NCBI GenBank assembly: GCA_040905225.1
Contig: JBBDRY010000096.1
Coordinates: 43,099-96,299, forward strand
Direction of reading: 5' to 3'
Source of the DNA: Chloroflexota bacterium
GTDB lineage: Bacteria; Chloroflexota; Limnocylindria; Limnocylindrales; CSP1-4
DNA length: 53,201 bases
Made by a program: the position numbers and the translations under genes. The notes below the pieces were generated by a model, which saw nothing but the letters and a program-made list of their open reading frames with translations, was not told where the DNA came from and searched no databases. This document shows positions 10,234 to 20,059 of this stretch, in pieces; the first letter of the stretch is position 1; every line of letters begins with the position of its first letter.

Positions 10234-11762
10234 TCCCTGAGGGAGCCCACATCAAAGGACCGGCCGTGCCCGGGATCGAACGCGTGCTGACCCCGGACGC
10301 GCTCGAGTTCCTCGGCCGCTTACATCGCGAGTTCGAGCCACGGCGGCAGGAGATCCTTGCCGCACGTCGTGACCGAGCGGCGCGCGTTGCTGCTGGCGAA
10401 AACCTGGACTTCCTGCCCGACACTGCCTCGGTTCGAGAATCGGAGTGGTCGGTCGCGCCAGCCCCCGTGGACCTCGACGACCGACGGGTAGAGATCACCG
10501 GGCCCGCTGAGGCCAAGATGACGATCAACGCCCTCAACTCGGGCGCCAAGGTGTTCATGGCCGACTTCGAGGACGCCCTGTCGCCGACCTGGGCGAACGT
10601 AGTCGGTGGCCAGGCGGCGCTGATGGACGCGGTGCGTCATTCGCTGGCGTTCACCTCCCCGGAAGGGAAGGAATATCGGCTGGGGGACCACGTGGCCACC
10701 CTGGTCGTTCGGCCACGCGGCTGGCACCTCGTCGAGCGCCATCTCGAGGTCGACGGCCAACGGATATCGGGCTCCCTGTTCGACTTCGGGCTCTACCTGC
10801 TGCACAACGGTGCCGAGTTACTGGCGCACGGCAGCGGCCCGTACTTCTATTTGCCCAAGTTGCAGAGCCACCTCGAGGCGCGACTGTGGAACGACGTGTT
10901 CCTGTGGGCCCAGGACGTCGTCGGCGTGCCGCGCGGCTCAATCCGCGCCACCGTGCTGATCGAGACGATCTGGGCCGCGTTCGAGATGGACGAGATCCTG
11001 CACGAGCTGCGCGAGCACGCCGCGGGACTGAACGCCGGCCGCTGGGACTACATCTTCAGCATCATCAAAGTCTTCAACGCGAGACGCGACCTGGTCCTGC
11101 CCGATCGAGCGCAGATCACGATGGCAGTGCCGTTCATGCGCGCCTATGCGCAGCTCCTGGTGAAGACATGCCATCGCCGCGGCGCACACGCGATGGGTGG
11201 CATGTCGGCGTTCATCCCCAACCGGCGCGAACCGGAGGTCACGGCGAACGCGCTGGCCAAGGTGACCGAGGACAAGGAGCGCGAGGCGACCGACGGCTTC
11301 GACGGCACCTGGGTCGCCCATCCCGACCTCGTGCCGGTGGCGATGGGGGTCTTCGACAAGGCGCTCGGCGACCACCCGAACCAGAAATACCGCCAACGCC
11401 ACGACGTGCACGTGACTGCCGCGGATTTGTTGAATTTCGAGGTGTCCGGCGGACAGGTGACCGAAGCGGGGCTGGCAACCAACGTATCGGTCGGAGTGCG
11501 CTACATCGCGTCGTGGCTGGCTGGCACCGGTGCGGCGGCTATCGACAATTTGATGGAGGACGCCGCGACAGCCGAAATTTCGCGCTCGCAAGTGTGGCAA
11601 TGGGTGAGGGACGGCCGATTTGATGGCGGTCGAGTTCGCGCGGAGGTGGACCAACTCCGAGCTGAGCACGCTGAGGCGGCCGAACTATTCGAGCAGGTTG
11701 CGCTCAGTGACGAGTTCGTGGAATTCCTGACGCTCGCCGCCTACGAGCGCCTGACCGGCTGA
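10230..11762 (+). CDS. aceB: malate synthase A
   Basis: 510 aa with the motifs [36 protein letters not shown] and [12 protein letters not shown], all characteristic of malate synthase A. Confidence 0.9.
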   Translation: MIPEGAHIKGPAVPGIERVLTPDALEFLGRLHREFEPRRQEILAARRDRAARVAAGENLDFLPDTASVRESEWSVAPAPVDLDDRRVEITGPAEAKMTINALNSGAKVFMADFEDALSPTWANVVGGQAALMDAVRHSLAFTSPEGKEYRLGDHVATLVVRPRGWHLVERHLEVDGQRISGSLFDFGLYLLHNGAELLAHGSGPYFYLPKLQSHLEARLWNDVFLWAQDVVGVPRGSIRATVLIETIWAAFEMDEILHELREHAAGLNAGRWDYIFSIIKVFNARRDLVLPDRAQITMAVPFMRAYAQLLVKTCHRRGAHAMGGMSAFIPNRREPEVTANALAKVTEDKEREATDGFDGTWVAHPDLVPVAMGVFDKALGDHPNQKYRQRHDVHVTAADLLNFEVSGGQVTEAGLATNVSVGVRYIASWLAGTGAAAIDNLMEDAATAEISRSQVWQWVRDGRFDGGRVRAEVDQLRAEHAEAAELFEQVALSDEFVEFLTLAAYERLTG

Positions 11763-13183
11763 CCGTTCAGGCTCAAGCGGCGCTCCTGGAATTGGCCGTA
11801 GCCACGGCGGCCAACGAAGTGGCTTTCGCGGATGACGAACTCGCCGCGCACGAGGACGGAGCGGACCCAACCGGTGATCGCCATCCCCTCGTATGGCGTG
11901 TAGTCGCTCGTGTGGTGCAGCTCTGTCGCGCTCAGGGTTCGCCGCTCTGTGGGATCGAAAAGGACCAGGTCCGCGTCCCGGCCCACCTCGATCGCACCCT
12001 TGCGGGGCAGCCCAAATAGGCGCGCCGGCGTCGTGGACAACAGATCGACCATGCGCCCGATGCTGATGCGCCCGCGGGCAACGCCCTCGCTGTAAACGAT
12101 CGCCAGCAGCGTCTCGATGCCCGGCCCGCCATTGCTTATGCGATCGAACGACTCACGCCACGACTGCTTCTCCACCGCGACGCGATCCGGAACGTGATCA
12201 GTGGCAACCAGGGCGAGCGAGCCTGTGGCCAGCCCGCTCCACAGCGCGTCACGGTCAGCGGGCGCGCGGAGCGGCGGCGATATCACGTAACGGGCGCAAT
12301 CCTCGTCCGGCAGCGCGTAGCGCGACTCGTCGAGGGCCAGGTAATGCGGGCAGGTCTCCGCGAAAACGGCCTGGCCGGCGGCGTGCGCCTCACGCACTGC
12401 GGCAAGTGCCGCGGCGCTCGACAGATGGACGATGTAGAGCGGCGCGCCGGCGATCCGCGCGAGCTCGATCGCCGTGCGCGCGCCCGCTTCTTCGACCGCC
12501 GGTGGCCGCGATGCGGCGTGGAAACGCGGAGCGACGTTGCCAGCGGCGAGCAGGTCCTGTGTCGTCGCTTCGAGCATCGCCCGGTTCTCGCAATGGACCT
12601 CGAGCATCCCGCCGTTGCGCGCCGCCGCGCCCAGCATCTCCAGCAAAACAGCGTCTGTAACGCCAAAGTCGTAGACCATGAAGGCCTTGAGCGTCGGCAC
12701 GCCTGCGCCGATCACGCTGGGCAACTCCGAGACAGGATCGGAATGGGCGGACGTCACGACAAGGCTGAGCCCGTAGTCGACGGCCGAGTCGCCGTTCGTC
12801 GCCGATTGCCACGATTGCAGATCAGCGACCAGTGAACCGGTCGTCGCGGCACCGGTGCCAGGGTTGTTGAACGAGAGGAACGTCGTGGTCCCGCCGAACG
12901 CCGCGGCGACCGAATCCTGGAAGAAACGGTCCGGCTCGGCGTCGCTGGCGACGCGCGTATGGGTATGGACGTCGACGACGCCGGGGAGGACGAGCAACCC
13001 ACTCGCATCTACCTCGCGGGCGTCGGCCGACCCAGGCAGCCGCTGTTCGATCGCGGCGATCCTGCCGCCCTCGATTGCTACGTCCGCGCGCCGCGTACCC
13101 TCGGGCGTGACAACCGTCCCGCCGCGGACGATCAGCTCAGCTACGGCAATTCCTCGATCGTGATCTCCTGAGCGCCGTCCCAC
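11741..13183 (-). CDS. dihydropyrimidinase/D-hydantoinase-type cyclic amidohydrolase (candidate allantoinase by context)
   Basis: [14 protein letters not shown]...[12 protein letters not shown] carries the HxH site, and the length fits once the start is trimmed. I placed the start at the GTG (complement of 13181-13183), the only ATG/GTG/TTG close upstream of the conserved N-terminus. This gives a 43-nt overlap with the upstream DUF3830 gene. Confidence 0.8.
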   Translation of the reverse strand: MGRRSGDHDRGIAVAELIVRGGTVVTPEGTRRADVAIEGGRIAAIEQRLPGSADAREVDASGLLVLPGVVDVHTHTRVASDAEPDRFFQDSVAAAFGGTTTFLSFNNPGTGAATTGSLVADLQSWQSATNGDSAVDYGLSLVVTSAHSDPVSELPSVIGAGVPTLKAFMVYDFGVTDAVLLEMLGAAARNGGMLEVHCENRAMLEATTQDLLAAGNVAPRFHAASRPPAVEEAGARTAIELARIAGAPLYIVHLSSAAALAAVREAHAAGQAVFAETCPHYLALDESRYALPDEDCARYVISPPLRAPADRDALWSGLATGSLALVATDHVPDRVAVEKQSWRESFDRISNGGPGIETLLAIVYSEGVARGRISIGRMVDLLSTTPARLFGLPRKGAIEVGRDADLVLFDPTERRTLSATELHHTSDYTPYEGMAITGWVRSVLVRGEFVIRESHFVGRRGYGQFQERRLSLNGQPVRRS

Positions 13184-13554
13184 AGGACGCGGCGGCCCAT
13201 CTCCTTCAACTGATCGCGACCGTCGACGATCGTCGCGAAGTGGTTGCCCGCCAACTGGCCGAGCTTCGACGAGAAATCCACGGCCCCGTAGGCAATCAGG
13301 ATCTCGCACTCCGATATATCGCCGGTGTAGATGATGATGTCGCCCGGTGCGGGGTGGCTGGTGTGGTTCTCGTAGTGAACGGCGACCTTCTTGTCACCGA
13401 ACGGGATCCAGCACCCCTCCCCGCTCCAACGGCAGTGGATGAGCTTGTTGCGTATGGGAAGCAGCTCCCGGATTGCGGCCTGCGTCCAGGGTGCCTCGGC
13501 CACCCAGCGGGCAGTAAAGTTCAGGTCGCCGACTCTGATCGACAGGTCACCCAT
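13141..13554 (-). CDS. DUF3830 family (cyclophilin-like fold) protein
   Basis: 137 aa from the ATG at 13554 (MGDLSIRVGDLNFTARW...). HCRWSGEGCWIPFGD, SECEILIAYG, SKLGQLAGNHFATIV and [13 protein letters not shown] match my recollection of the DUF3830 consensus. Confidence 0.7.
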   Translation of the reverse strand: MGDLSIRVGDLNFTARWVAEAPWTQAAIRELLPIRNKLIHCRWSGEGCWIPFGDKKVAVHYENHTSHPAPGDIIIYTGDISECEILIAYGAVDFSSKLGQLAGNHFATIVDGRDQLKEMGRRVLWDGAQEITIEELP

Positions 13555-13567
13555 GCAGAGGAAGGGT

Positions 13568-13582
13568 AGCGCGAGCCGCGCT
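13568..13582. promoter_or_regulatory. perfect palindrome AGCGCG-AGC-CGCGCT in the 41-bp divergent intergenic region
   Basis: Read directly from the sequence. It sits between the DUF3830 start (13554) and the uraH start (13596). An AAAGGAGGG Shine-Dalgarno follows at 13586-13594. Confidence 0.25.
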
Positions 13583-13595
13583 CCAAAGGAGGGCA

Positions 13596-13916
13596 ATGGA
13601 CGACGGGCCGACCATTTCGACGCACGTGCTGGACATCGGCGGTGGCGACCCGGGTGTCGGCTACCACGTGTCTCTGTTCCGGGTTGAGGGAGAGAGCGAG
13701 ACATGGGCCGGGCATGGCACAACCGATGACGACGGGCGCATCCATAGGTTGCTGGATGGACCGCTGACAGCGGGCGAGTATCGGATGGACGTTGAGGTGG
13801 GAGCGGTATTTCTGCGCCGCGCGTCGATCACGTTCGCCGTTGAGGACACGAGCCGCAGCTATCACGTGCCGTTCCTGGTGTCCGCGTTCTCGCTGACGAC
13901 ATATCGCGGGAGCTGA
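13596..13916 (+). CDS. uraH: 5-hydroxyisourate hydrolase (transthyretin-like)
   Basis: 106 aa. ISTHVLD near the N-terminus and the diagnostic C-terminal tetrapeptide YRGS. Strong Shine-Dalgarno site. Confidence 0.9.
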   Translation: MDDGPTISTHVLDIGGGDPGVGYHVSLFRVEGESETWAGHGTTDDDGRIHRLLDGPLTAGEYRMDVEVGAVFLRRASITFAVEDTSRSYHVPFLVSAFSLTTYRGS

Positions 13917-14392
13917 TGCTGCCCTCTCGGGAGGTCCTTGTGGCGCTGTTCGAGAACGTCCCGCGTTTCACCGCGCGACTGGCCGACGAAGAGGTGGAAT
14001 CCTATAGCGAGCTCCTGGACCGAGCCGAGCAGATCGCAGCACAGATGCCCGAGGACGAGCAGCTCGAGCTGATCGACGGCCATCCGCGCATCGGCGCGGC
14101 GCCCCAGACAGTCTCGGCCACCTCGTTTCGCGAACAGGGCTACGACCGAGACCCCGGCACGGCAGAGCTACAGGCACGCCTCGACCGCCTCAACGAGGCC
14201 TACGAAGCGGAGTTCGGCTTTCGTTTCGTTATTTTCGTGGCCGGTAGGCCGCGGACGGAGATCGCTGACGCTATGGAAGGTCGCATGCTTGCCTCACGCG
14301 AGGAGGAACTGGAGCGTGCTTTGTCGGACGTCTTCCTGATCGCCCGTAGCCGCTTGGACAAGCTCTCCAGACCACTTGAGGAGGCTCGATGA
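13916..14392 (+). CDS. uraD: 2-oxo-4-hydroxy-4-carboxy-5-ureidoimidazoline (OHCU) decarboxylase
   Basis: 158 aa with LIDGHPRIG and FGFRFVIFVAGR motifs. The start overlaps the uraH stop (TGATG). Confidence 0.85.
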   Translation: MLPSREVLVALFENVPRFTARLADEEVESYSELLDRAEQIAAQMPEDEQLELIDGHPRIGAAPQTVSATSFREQGYDRDPGTAELQARLDRLNEAYEAEFGFRFVIFVAGRPRTEIADAMEGRMLASREEELERALSDVFLIARSRLDKLSRPLEEAR

Positions 14393-15318
14393 AGGCCGAG
14401 ATCAGCTACGGCAAGGCGGACGTCTCGACATATCGGACCTACGGGACGCCGCTGGAGGGACTCACTGCCATCCCCGAGTCGAGCTTCACGGGCCGATCAA
14501 ACGTTCTGCTGGCCGCGAGCATCGAGGTGCAGGTCCTGGGCACAGCCTTCATGGCTGCCTACACCGAGGGCGACAACCGTCTCGTCGTCGCCACGGACAC
14601 GATGAAGAACTTCATCCATCGCGAGTCGCTCGCCTTCGACGGCGCGACGCTGGAGGAGTGGCTGTTTTTCGTCGGACGCCGCTTTCTCGAGACCTACCCG
14701 CACATGGAGAGCCTCCGCGTCAGCGGCGTGGAGATCCCGTTCGAGCCCGCACTCGTTCCCTCGTCAGACGACGACGGCTTCGGCGCCAGCGAAGTGCTCT
14801 TTGCGCGAGGGCACGGTGACCGATCGACCGCCTGGATCGAGCTCCAGCGCTCGACCGACAGCAACGTACAGGCAACCGACCACGGCAGTGGGCGTCAGGG
14901 CCTCCAGCTCATGAAAGTCACCGGATCATCCTTCGCGGACTTCGCGCGCGACGAGTACACGACGCTGCCCGAACGCCTCGACCGCCCGCTGTACGTCCAC
15001 ATGGACGTGGGCTGGAAATACGCTCAACCGGAGACCGCCTTTGCCCCCGACCACACGGAGTACGTCGCCGGCGAGCAGGTGGCCGACCTGTGCGCCGCGG
15101 TCTTCCATCGATTCGTGAGCCTGTCGATACAGCACCTGGTGAACGAGATCGGAGGGGCCATGCTGGACCGCTGGCCGCAGCTCGCCGAGGTCTCGTTCGA
15201 GTCTCAGAACCGTCTGTGGGACCTGTCCATCACGTCGGAGCAGGACGACCGGGTCAAGGTCTACACCGATCCGCGTCCGCCCTACGGCAAGATCGGCCTC
15301 ATCCTCCGTCGCGACTGA
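14389..15318 (+). CDS. uox: factor-independent urate oxidase (uricase)
   Basis: 309 aa with the YGK...V N-terminus, VVATDTMKNF and two T-fold halves. The start overlaps the uraD stop (ATGA). Confidence 0.9.
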   Translation: MKAEISYGKADVSTYRTYGTPLEGLTAIPESSFTGRSNVLLAASIEVQVLGTAFMAAYTEGDNRLVVATDTMKNFIHRESLAFDGATLEEWLFFVGRRFLETYPHMESLRVSGVEIPFEPALVPSSDDDGFGASEVLFARGHGDRSTAWIELQRSTDSNVQATDHGSGRQGLQLMKVTGSSFADFARDEYTTLPERLDRPLYVHMDVGWKYAQPETAFAPDHTEYVAGEQVADLCAAVFHRFVSLSIQHLVNEIGGAMLDRWPQLAEVSFESQNRLWDLSITSEQDDRVKVYTDPRPPYGKIGLILRRD

Positions 15319-15874
15319 GAGCCGCCAAGTCTGCTTCCGTGTCGACGTCGGGGTTGTCGCCGTCGACGTCGACGTACCAGACGAGCGGCGAGTTGGCCGA
15401 GAACAGCTGCGACATACCTCGATCTCCATCGAGGGCCCCGGCCATCGACCAGACGCTGCGTTCGAGTAAAACTGGATTTCCCGGGCGGCCCCGATAACGC
15501 GGAACGGTGATGGGCCGAGATGCGCGTCCTGCGTCGACGATCTGGCGAAGCTGCCCGACGGTGAGATTGGGCTGGTCGCCCAGCAGGATCAACACCCGGT
15601 CTGAATCGCCCAAGGCTTCCAGGCCCAGCTTGAGCGAGCTCGAGATCCCGCGGCCTGGATCGTCGTTGCGCACACGTAGCTCGCGGCGCCACGCGGTGGC
15701 TGCCTCAATGGCATCGGCGTCTTCGCCGAGCACGACCACCACCGGGTCGAGCTCAGTATGGGCGGCAAGGTCGAGGACGTGCTGGAGCATCGGCCGTCCG
15801 TTTATCTCCGCCAACATCTTGCCGCCGCCGAACCGGGTTCCGCGGCCTGCGGCCAGAACGATCGCCGCGGTCAC
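15299..15874 (-). CDS. mocA: MobA/MocA-like nucleotidyltransferase (molybdenum cofactor cytidylyltransferase candidate)
   Basis: 191 aa with AAIVLAAGRGTRFGGGKML, the NTP-transferase signature. It is adjacent to and overlaps xdhC. Confidence 0.7.
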   Translation of the reverse strand: MTAAIVLAAGRGTRFGGGKMLAEINGRPMLQHVLDLAAHTELDPVVVVLGEDADAIEAATAWRRELRVRNDDPGRGISSSLKLGLEALGDSDRVLILLGDQPNLTVGQLRQIVDAGRASRPITVPRYRGRPGNPVLLERSVWSMAGALDGDRGMSQLFSANSPLVWYVDVDGDNPDVDTEADLAALSRDGG

Positions 15875-16902
15875 CGCCTGCTGAGCGGCGCGGCGCTGGC
15901 TCCGTTGCGCTCGGCCACTATCTCGGCCAGGATCGCCAGCGCCATCTCACCTGGCTCGCGGCCGCCGAGATCGAGCCCGATGGGTCCATGCAACCGATCC
16001 AGGTCCGCCTCGGTCAGGCCGTCAGCGAGCAGCCGTTCGCGTCGCCCGGCCTGCGTTCGGCGGCTGCCCATCGCACCTATGTAGCGACAGCCGGCCCGCA
16101 TGGCCGCGACGATTGCCGGCTCGTCGAGCTTTGGATCGTGGCTCATCACGACGACTGCATCGTCGGCGGAAAGGCCGATCTTCTCGGCCACCTCGTCGGG
16201 CCAGCCGACCAACACCTCGTCGGCCTCCGGGAAACGCTCATGCGAGGCGAATGCAGCGCGGGCATCCGCGACGGCGGTGCGATAACCGAGCTCGCGCGCC
16301 ATGCGCACCAGTGGGATCGCAGCTTGAACCGCGCCAAAGATCACGATCCGCGGAGGCGGGGCAAAAGTCTGGATGAAGAACTGTTCCTGACCCAGTGTCA
16401 CAGTGCCAGATCGACCCGTGGCGACCAGGGAGGCGGCTGCAGCGGACAAGTCGCCGTCGATGGCGACAGGCTCGGCCATGGGAGCTGTGACGATTAAGTG
16501 TGGCTTGCCGTCCGCGGCTGGCGCGTCGGTCGGCAGAGGTATCGCGATCGCGGTACCGGACGCGGCTCGGGCGGCGGCCTCGACCTCGGGCCGCAGGACG
16601 GGCTCGATGAGCACATCGATCGTGCTGCCGCAGGCCAGCCCAACGCCCCACGCCTGTTCGTCGCTGATACCGAAGCGGACGACACGCACGCGGCCATCTC
16701 TTCGTGCGCGGGCAATCTCCTGGGCCGCGGCACCCTCGACACAGCCGCCGCTGACCGAGCCTGCAACGGAGCCATCGTCCGCAACGAGGAGCGTGGCGCC
16801 TTCTGGTCGGGGACCGTTCCCGAAGACCCGGATCAGGACGGCGCGGCCGAAGTCACGGCCCTCGGAGCGCCAGGCATCGATCGTGGGGAGTAACTCCCTC
16901 AT
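15871..16902 (-). CDS. xdhC: XdhC/CoxI family xanthine dehydrogenase maturation factor
   Basis: 343 aa. N-terminal XdhC_CoxI-like segment (AVLIRVFGNGPRPEGATLLV..DGSVAGSVSGGCVE) plus a Rossmann-like C-terminal half (IVIFGAVQAAIPLV). Confidence 0.85.
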   Translation of the reverse strand: MRELLPTIDAWRSEGRDFGRAVLIRVFGNGPRPEGATLLVADDGSVAGSVSGGCVEGAAAQEIARARRDGRVRVVRFGISDEQAWGVGLACGSTIDVLIEPVLRPEVEAAARAASGTAIAIPLPTDAPAADGKPHLIVTAPMAEPVAIDGDLSAAAASLVATGRSGTVTLGQEQFFIQTFAPPPRIVIFGAVQAAIPLVRMARELGYRTAVADARAAFASHERFPEADEVLVGWPDEVAEKIGLSADDAVVVMSHDPKLDEPAIVAAMRAGCRYIGAMGSRRTQAGRRERLLADGLTEADLDRLHGPIGLDLGGREPGEMALAILAEIVAERNGASAAPLSRR

Positions 16903-16918
16903 GGCTCGATCGTACAGG

Positions 16919-16961
16919 GCAAAAGGGAGCGGCCCCCGAGCCGGTCATCTCAGGGGCCGCT
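16919..16961 (-). terminator. candidate intrinsic terminator downstream of the S8 protease gene
   Basis: 9-bp stem AGCGGCCCC/GGGGCCGCT (16928-16936 and 16953-16961) with a 16-nt loop (16937-16952). On the minus strand it is followed by CCCTTTTGCC. Confidence 0.45.
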
Positions 16962-17067
16962 TCACTGCGACCGGAACCCGTCCTTACCGGTCGCGTATGT
17001 GGTGCTGGCGGCTCCCCCCGCGGAGGGAGCGGGCTGCTTTAACGCGTGAGCAGCCAGCTCGGGTTTG

Positions 17068-18918
17068 CTACTCCATGTACTCCGGGCAGAAAGGCGTCCT
17101 CAGGTACTTGTAAGAGGTGTCGTTCCGTACCGCGCGGTAGGCATCGATGCGGCCATAGCCGAAGCACTTGTCCTTGACGCCGACGCCCTTCTTGCCGATG
17201 TCGATGGCCGTCTTGACGAGCTTGTTCGTGACCGCGTCGGGCGACATGGCCCACCGGCCATTGCCAGCAGCCTTGCCGAACTGGCTGATGATCAGAGCCG
17301 CGACGCCAGTGGTGTGCGGTGAGGCCATTGACGTGCCCTGGAAGCAGCCCCAGCCGCCAGGAATGGTCGACAGGATCTCGTTGACGCATCCGGCGCCGAT
17401 CTCGTCATTTCCACCCGGGGCAGACACGTCGGCGAATCCGGCGCCCCAGCTCGAGTAGAACGACTTCTCGCTCTGCTGGCCGAGCGCGACCGTGCCTATG
17501 ACGCCTCGGCTCATTGCCGGCACTGTCTTGCAGTTGGCGCCACCGGGCGGCTTGGCGAGGTTCGTGTCCGAGTTGCCGAGGGCGGCGATGAGGCTGACGC
17601 CCTGGCGCCGCGCGTACGCGAGCGCTCGCTCGACGGACTCGCGGTATGCCTGCTGTGTCCTGTCGCTCAGGCACTTGAACTCGGTGGATTGCTGGAATTC
17701 AGCGTCATCGACGAAGAAGCTCATGTTGATCGCGTTGAGCTTGAGGTCCCCGGCATAGGTGATGCCCTGAACGGCGTCGCTGACATAGCAGTGACCGTCG
17801 GCGTCGCAGACCTTGATCGGCACGAGCGTCACGTTGGGCGCGACACCGACGACGCCGATGCCGTTCCGGCGGGCGGCGACGATCCCGGCCACGTGGGTAC
17901 CGTGGAAGTTGTTGTCCACGCACGCCAGCGGGCTGCCGATGCCCGGGCCGTCAGCTGTGAAGTCGGCGCCATGCTGGCAGTCGACATTCGACACGCCGTT
18001 CTTCTTGAAGTCCTGGTGGTTTCCGTCGACCCCGGAGTCCACGATTCCGATGCGGACCTTCGCCCGGCCGGCCTGGCGGGCCTGGGCCTGGCGAGCACGG
18101 ATCTGCGCCATGCCCCATTGCTGATCCTCGAGCGGATCGAAGCCGGCCGGAGGATCGTCCGACGACTGGGAGAGAGTCAGCTGGCCGCTGTGGAGCGCCT
18201 CTGTGAGGCTGGGGAACTGCTTGGAGCCGAAGTCGTTGCCGACCTCATTCACCAGCGCGTAGCTGCCCAGCGTCTGGGCGAACAGAGTGTTCGTGGACTC
18301 GACGATCATCACGCCGATCTGGCGGGTCAGGTCGGCAGTGATCACGCCGCCGGCCTCGCTGATGATGAACAGCGCGTAGTCGCGCGCGAGGGCGTAGTTC
18401 TTGTCCAGTGCGTATGCGTCGAGCAAAGCGTAGTTACCGCTGAGCGCGTAGCCAGCGCCATCGTCAGCGAGGGCATAGCTCTCATCGAGCGCGTACGTAG
18501 CCGTTTCAGATGCCAGAGCGTAGCCCTGGCCAAGGGCATAGTTGCTGTCCAGGGCGTATCTGGAGTCGAGCGCGTACTGGCCAAAGGCGCGGTAGTCGTC
18601 GGTCTGCTTGTACTTATTGGTCAGCGCGTACTGGTCGACCAACGCATAGGTCCGGTTGAGCGCATAGAGCGCGTAGTTCCGGCCGAGGGCGTAGGTGCCA
18701 TCGAGCGCGTAGCTCGACGCCTGACCAACCAGGGCATAGCCCTGGCCCAGCGCGTAGCTCCCGTCGAGCGCGTAGCCGCCCTTCAGGACAACGACGTAAC
18801 TCTTGTTGGCGCCCTGCGCGGCCATCGCGGCCGTGGGAAGAAGGCTTGCGAGGAGCACGAGGGCGCCGACAGTCGACAGGGCGAACCTCGTACGCAAAGC
18901 GGACCGGCTATGCGTCAT
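17068..18918 (-). CDS. secreted subtilisin-like S8 serine protease with a repeat-expanded I9-type propeptide
   Basis: The catalytic triad contexts are present: IGIVDSGVD (Asp), HGTHVAGIVAA (His) and GTSMASPHTTG (Ser). Signal peptide MTHSRSALRTRFALSTVGALVLLASLLPTAAMA from the ATG at 18918. I9-like strands YVVVLKGG and GGVITADLTRQIGVMIVES flank the repeats. Confidence 0.9.
   Translation of the reverse strand: MTHSRSALRTRFALSTVGALVLLASLLPTAAMAAQGANKSYVVVLKGGYALDGSYALGQGYALVGQASSYALDGTYALGRNYALYALNRTYALVDQYALTNKYKQTDDYRAFGQYALDSRYALDSNYALGQGYALASETATYALDESYALADDGAGYALSGNYALLDAYALDKNYALARDYALFIISEAGGVITADLTRQIGVMIVESTNTLFAQTLGSYALVNEVGNDFGSKQFPSLTEALHSGQLTLSQSSDDPPAGFDPLEDQQWGMAQIRARQAQARQAGRAKVRIGIVDSGVDGNHQDFKKNGVSNVDCQHGADFTADGPGIGSPLACVDNNFHGTHVAGIVAARRNGIGVVGVAPNVTLVPIKVCDADGHCYVSDAVQGITYAGDLKLNAINMSFFVDDAEFQQSTEFKCLSDRTQQAYRESVERALAYARRQGVSLIAALGNSDTNLAKPPGGANCKTVPAMSRGVIGTVALGQQSEKSFYSSWGAGFADVSAPGGNDEIGAGCVNEILSTIPGGWGCFQGTSMASPHTTGVAALIISQFGKAAGNGRWAMSPDAVTNKLVKTAIDIGKKGVGVKDKCFGYGRIDAYRAVRNDTSYKYLRTPFCPEYME
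18370..18774 (-). repeat. in-frame array of about 22 YAL-type hexapeptide units (18-nt DNA period) inside the protease propeptide
   Basis: 135 aa read directly: YALDGS YALGQG YALVGQASS YALDGT YALGRN YAL YALNRT YALVDQ YALTNK YKQTDD YRAFGQ YALDSR YALDSN YALGQG YALASETAT YALDES YALADDGAG YALSGN YALLDA YALDKN YALARD YAL. Confidence 0.85.
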
Positions 18919-19087
18919 GCGGACGGGACCTCCAAAGGAGCACGACACCACGTGTAGTGGTTCCACTGTACGACAGGATGGGCACCACCGGCAAGGGTGT
19001 CACGTTTCAGAATCATGACAATTGGCCAACGAGGCGCGAAGCGGAGCTCCCGAGGCGATGGCCTCGACACAAGCCTCCCGTGGAGGG

Positions 19088-19918
19088 TTAGGCGGTTGCG
19101 GCCTTTCGGGCGACCAGCAGGTCGTGCGCCTGATCGAACGTCAGCCCGGTCTCCCAGATCGCGTTGAAGGCCGTCTTCAGGACCTTGGCCAGAGACTTGT
19201 GCTCGACCACGACGATGGTCAGCTCCGAGCTCCCGGCCACTGGATCTTCCATGCCGAACATCACGATCGTCTCGTCGATGATCACCAGCTTCAACGGCAG
19301 CTCGGGCACGAAACGTGCGTCCTCGCCTGCCTCGACAAAGCGCTGGACGCCGCGCATGACGGCCGGCTCGTCGAAGACCGAGAACTCGTACAGCGACCGC
19401 GCCTCGTGCGTCTGGATCACCTCGAGGCCCTCGATGTTCTCCTGTGGCGGCGTCGCGTAGGGCGGCTTGGTGAACACCAGGATCTCTTTCTTGACCGCGC
19501 TCTGGAGCTCGGCGAAGCGCTCGTTGATCGCGCGCCGGTCGCGCAGGACCTCGATGTATTCGAGCGGGTCGGTATGCGCCTGCCCGGCTTCGAACGCTGG
19601 CTTGAGGTCCGTGACCATGCCGCGCGCATCGCGCTCCATGCGCGAAAGCTCATCGCGGTGCGCCGTGAGCAGCAGGTCGATGGCAAGCTCCGGCGCCGTC
19701 GCTGCGTACTTGACGACGTTGCCCGGCCGCGAAACGGCGAGGCCCTTCTGGACGAGGCTGCCGAGCACGTCATAGATACGCTGGCGGGGCAGGCCCGATT
19801 GGCGCGCGACCTGCGCGGCCGTAAACGAATCGCGCCTGATGAGCGTCAGGTAGGCCTTCGCCTCGTAGCTGGTCAGGCCGAGCCGAGTGAGCTGTGCGAC
19901 AAGTTCACCGCTTTCCAC
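19088..19918 (-). CDS. TrmB family transcriptional regulator
   Basis: 276 aa. The N-terminal winged [49 protein letters not shown] is typical of TrmB, and it has a C-terminal sensor-like domain. Confidence 0.8.
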   Translation of the reverse strand: MESGELVAQLTRLGLTSYEAKAYLTLIRRDSFTAAQVARQSGLPRQRIYDVLGSLVQKGLAVSRPGNVVKYAATAPELAIDLLLTAHRDELSRMERDARGMVTDLKPAFEAGQAHTDPLEYIEVLRDRRAINERFAELQSAVKKEILVFTKPPYATPPQENIEGLEVIQTHEARSLYEFSVFDEPAVMRGVQRFVEAGEDARFVPELPLKLVIIDETIVMFGMEDPVAGSSELTIVVVEHKSLAKVLKTAFNAIWETGLTFDQAHDLLVARKAATA

Positions 19919-20059
19919 GTTCTCACTATAGCGTCACTACCCACTGGTGGTGGTGGCACTTTGGCGCTACGGCCCGCCGCTTTGAGATGGGATCGGTCCC
20001 CGAGACCTATCACTGGGCGCAGTGGCGCGGCTCCTCCGAGGCGCCTGTACGATCGAAAC

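Noticed and set aside
19022-20059. 346-aa N-terminal extension of the DUF255 thioredoxin-domain ORF. Analogous extensions occur on the ligase (46034-46846), the 2Fe-2S subunit (5014-5385), the LuxR gene (28906-29016), the M20 gene (31490-31603) and the hydantoinase (13184-13309).
   Set aside because: The extensions overlap neighbouring real genes or run antisense to them, and they lack homology-like sequence. Conserved N-termini begin at internal start codons, often with ATGA or TGATG coupling.
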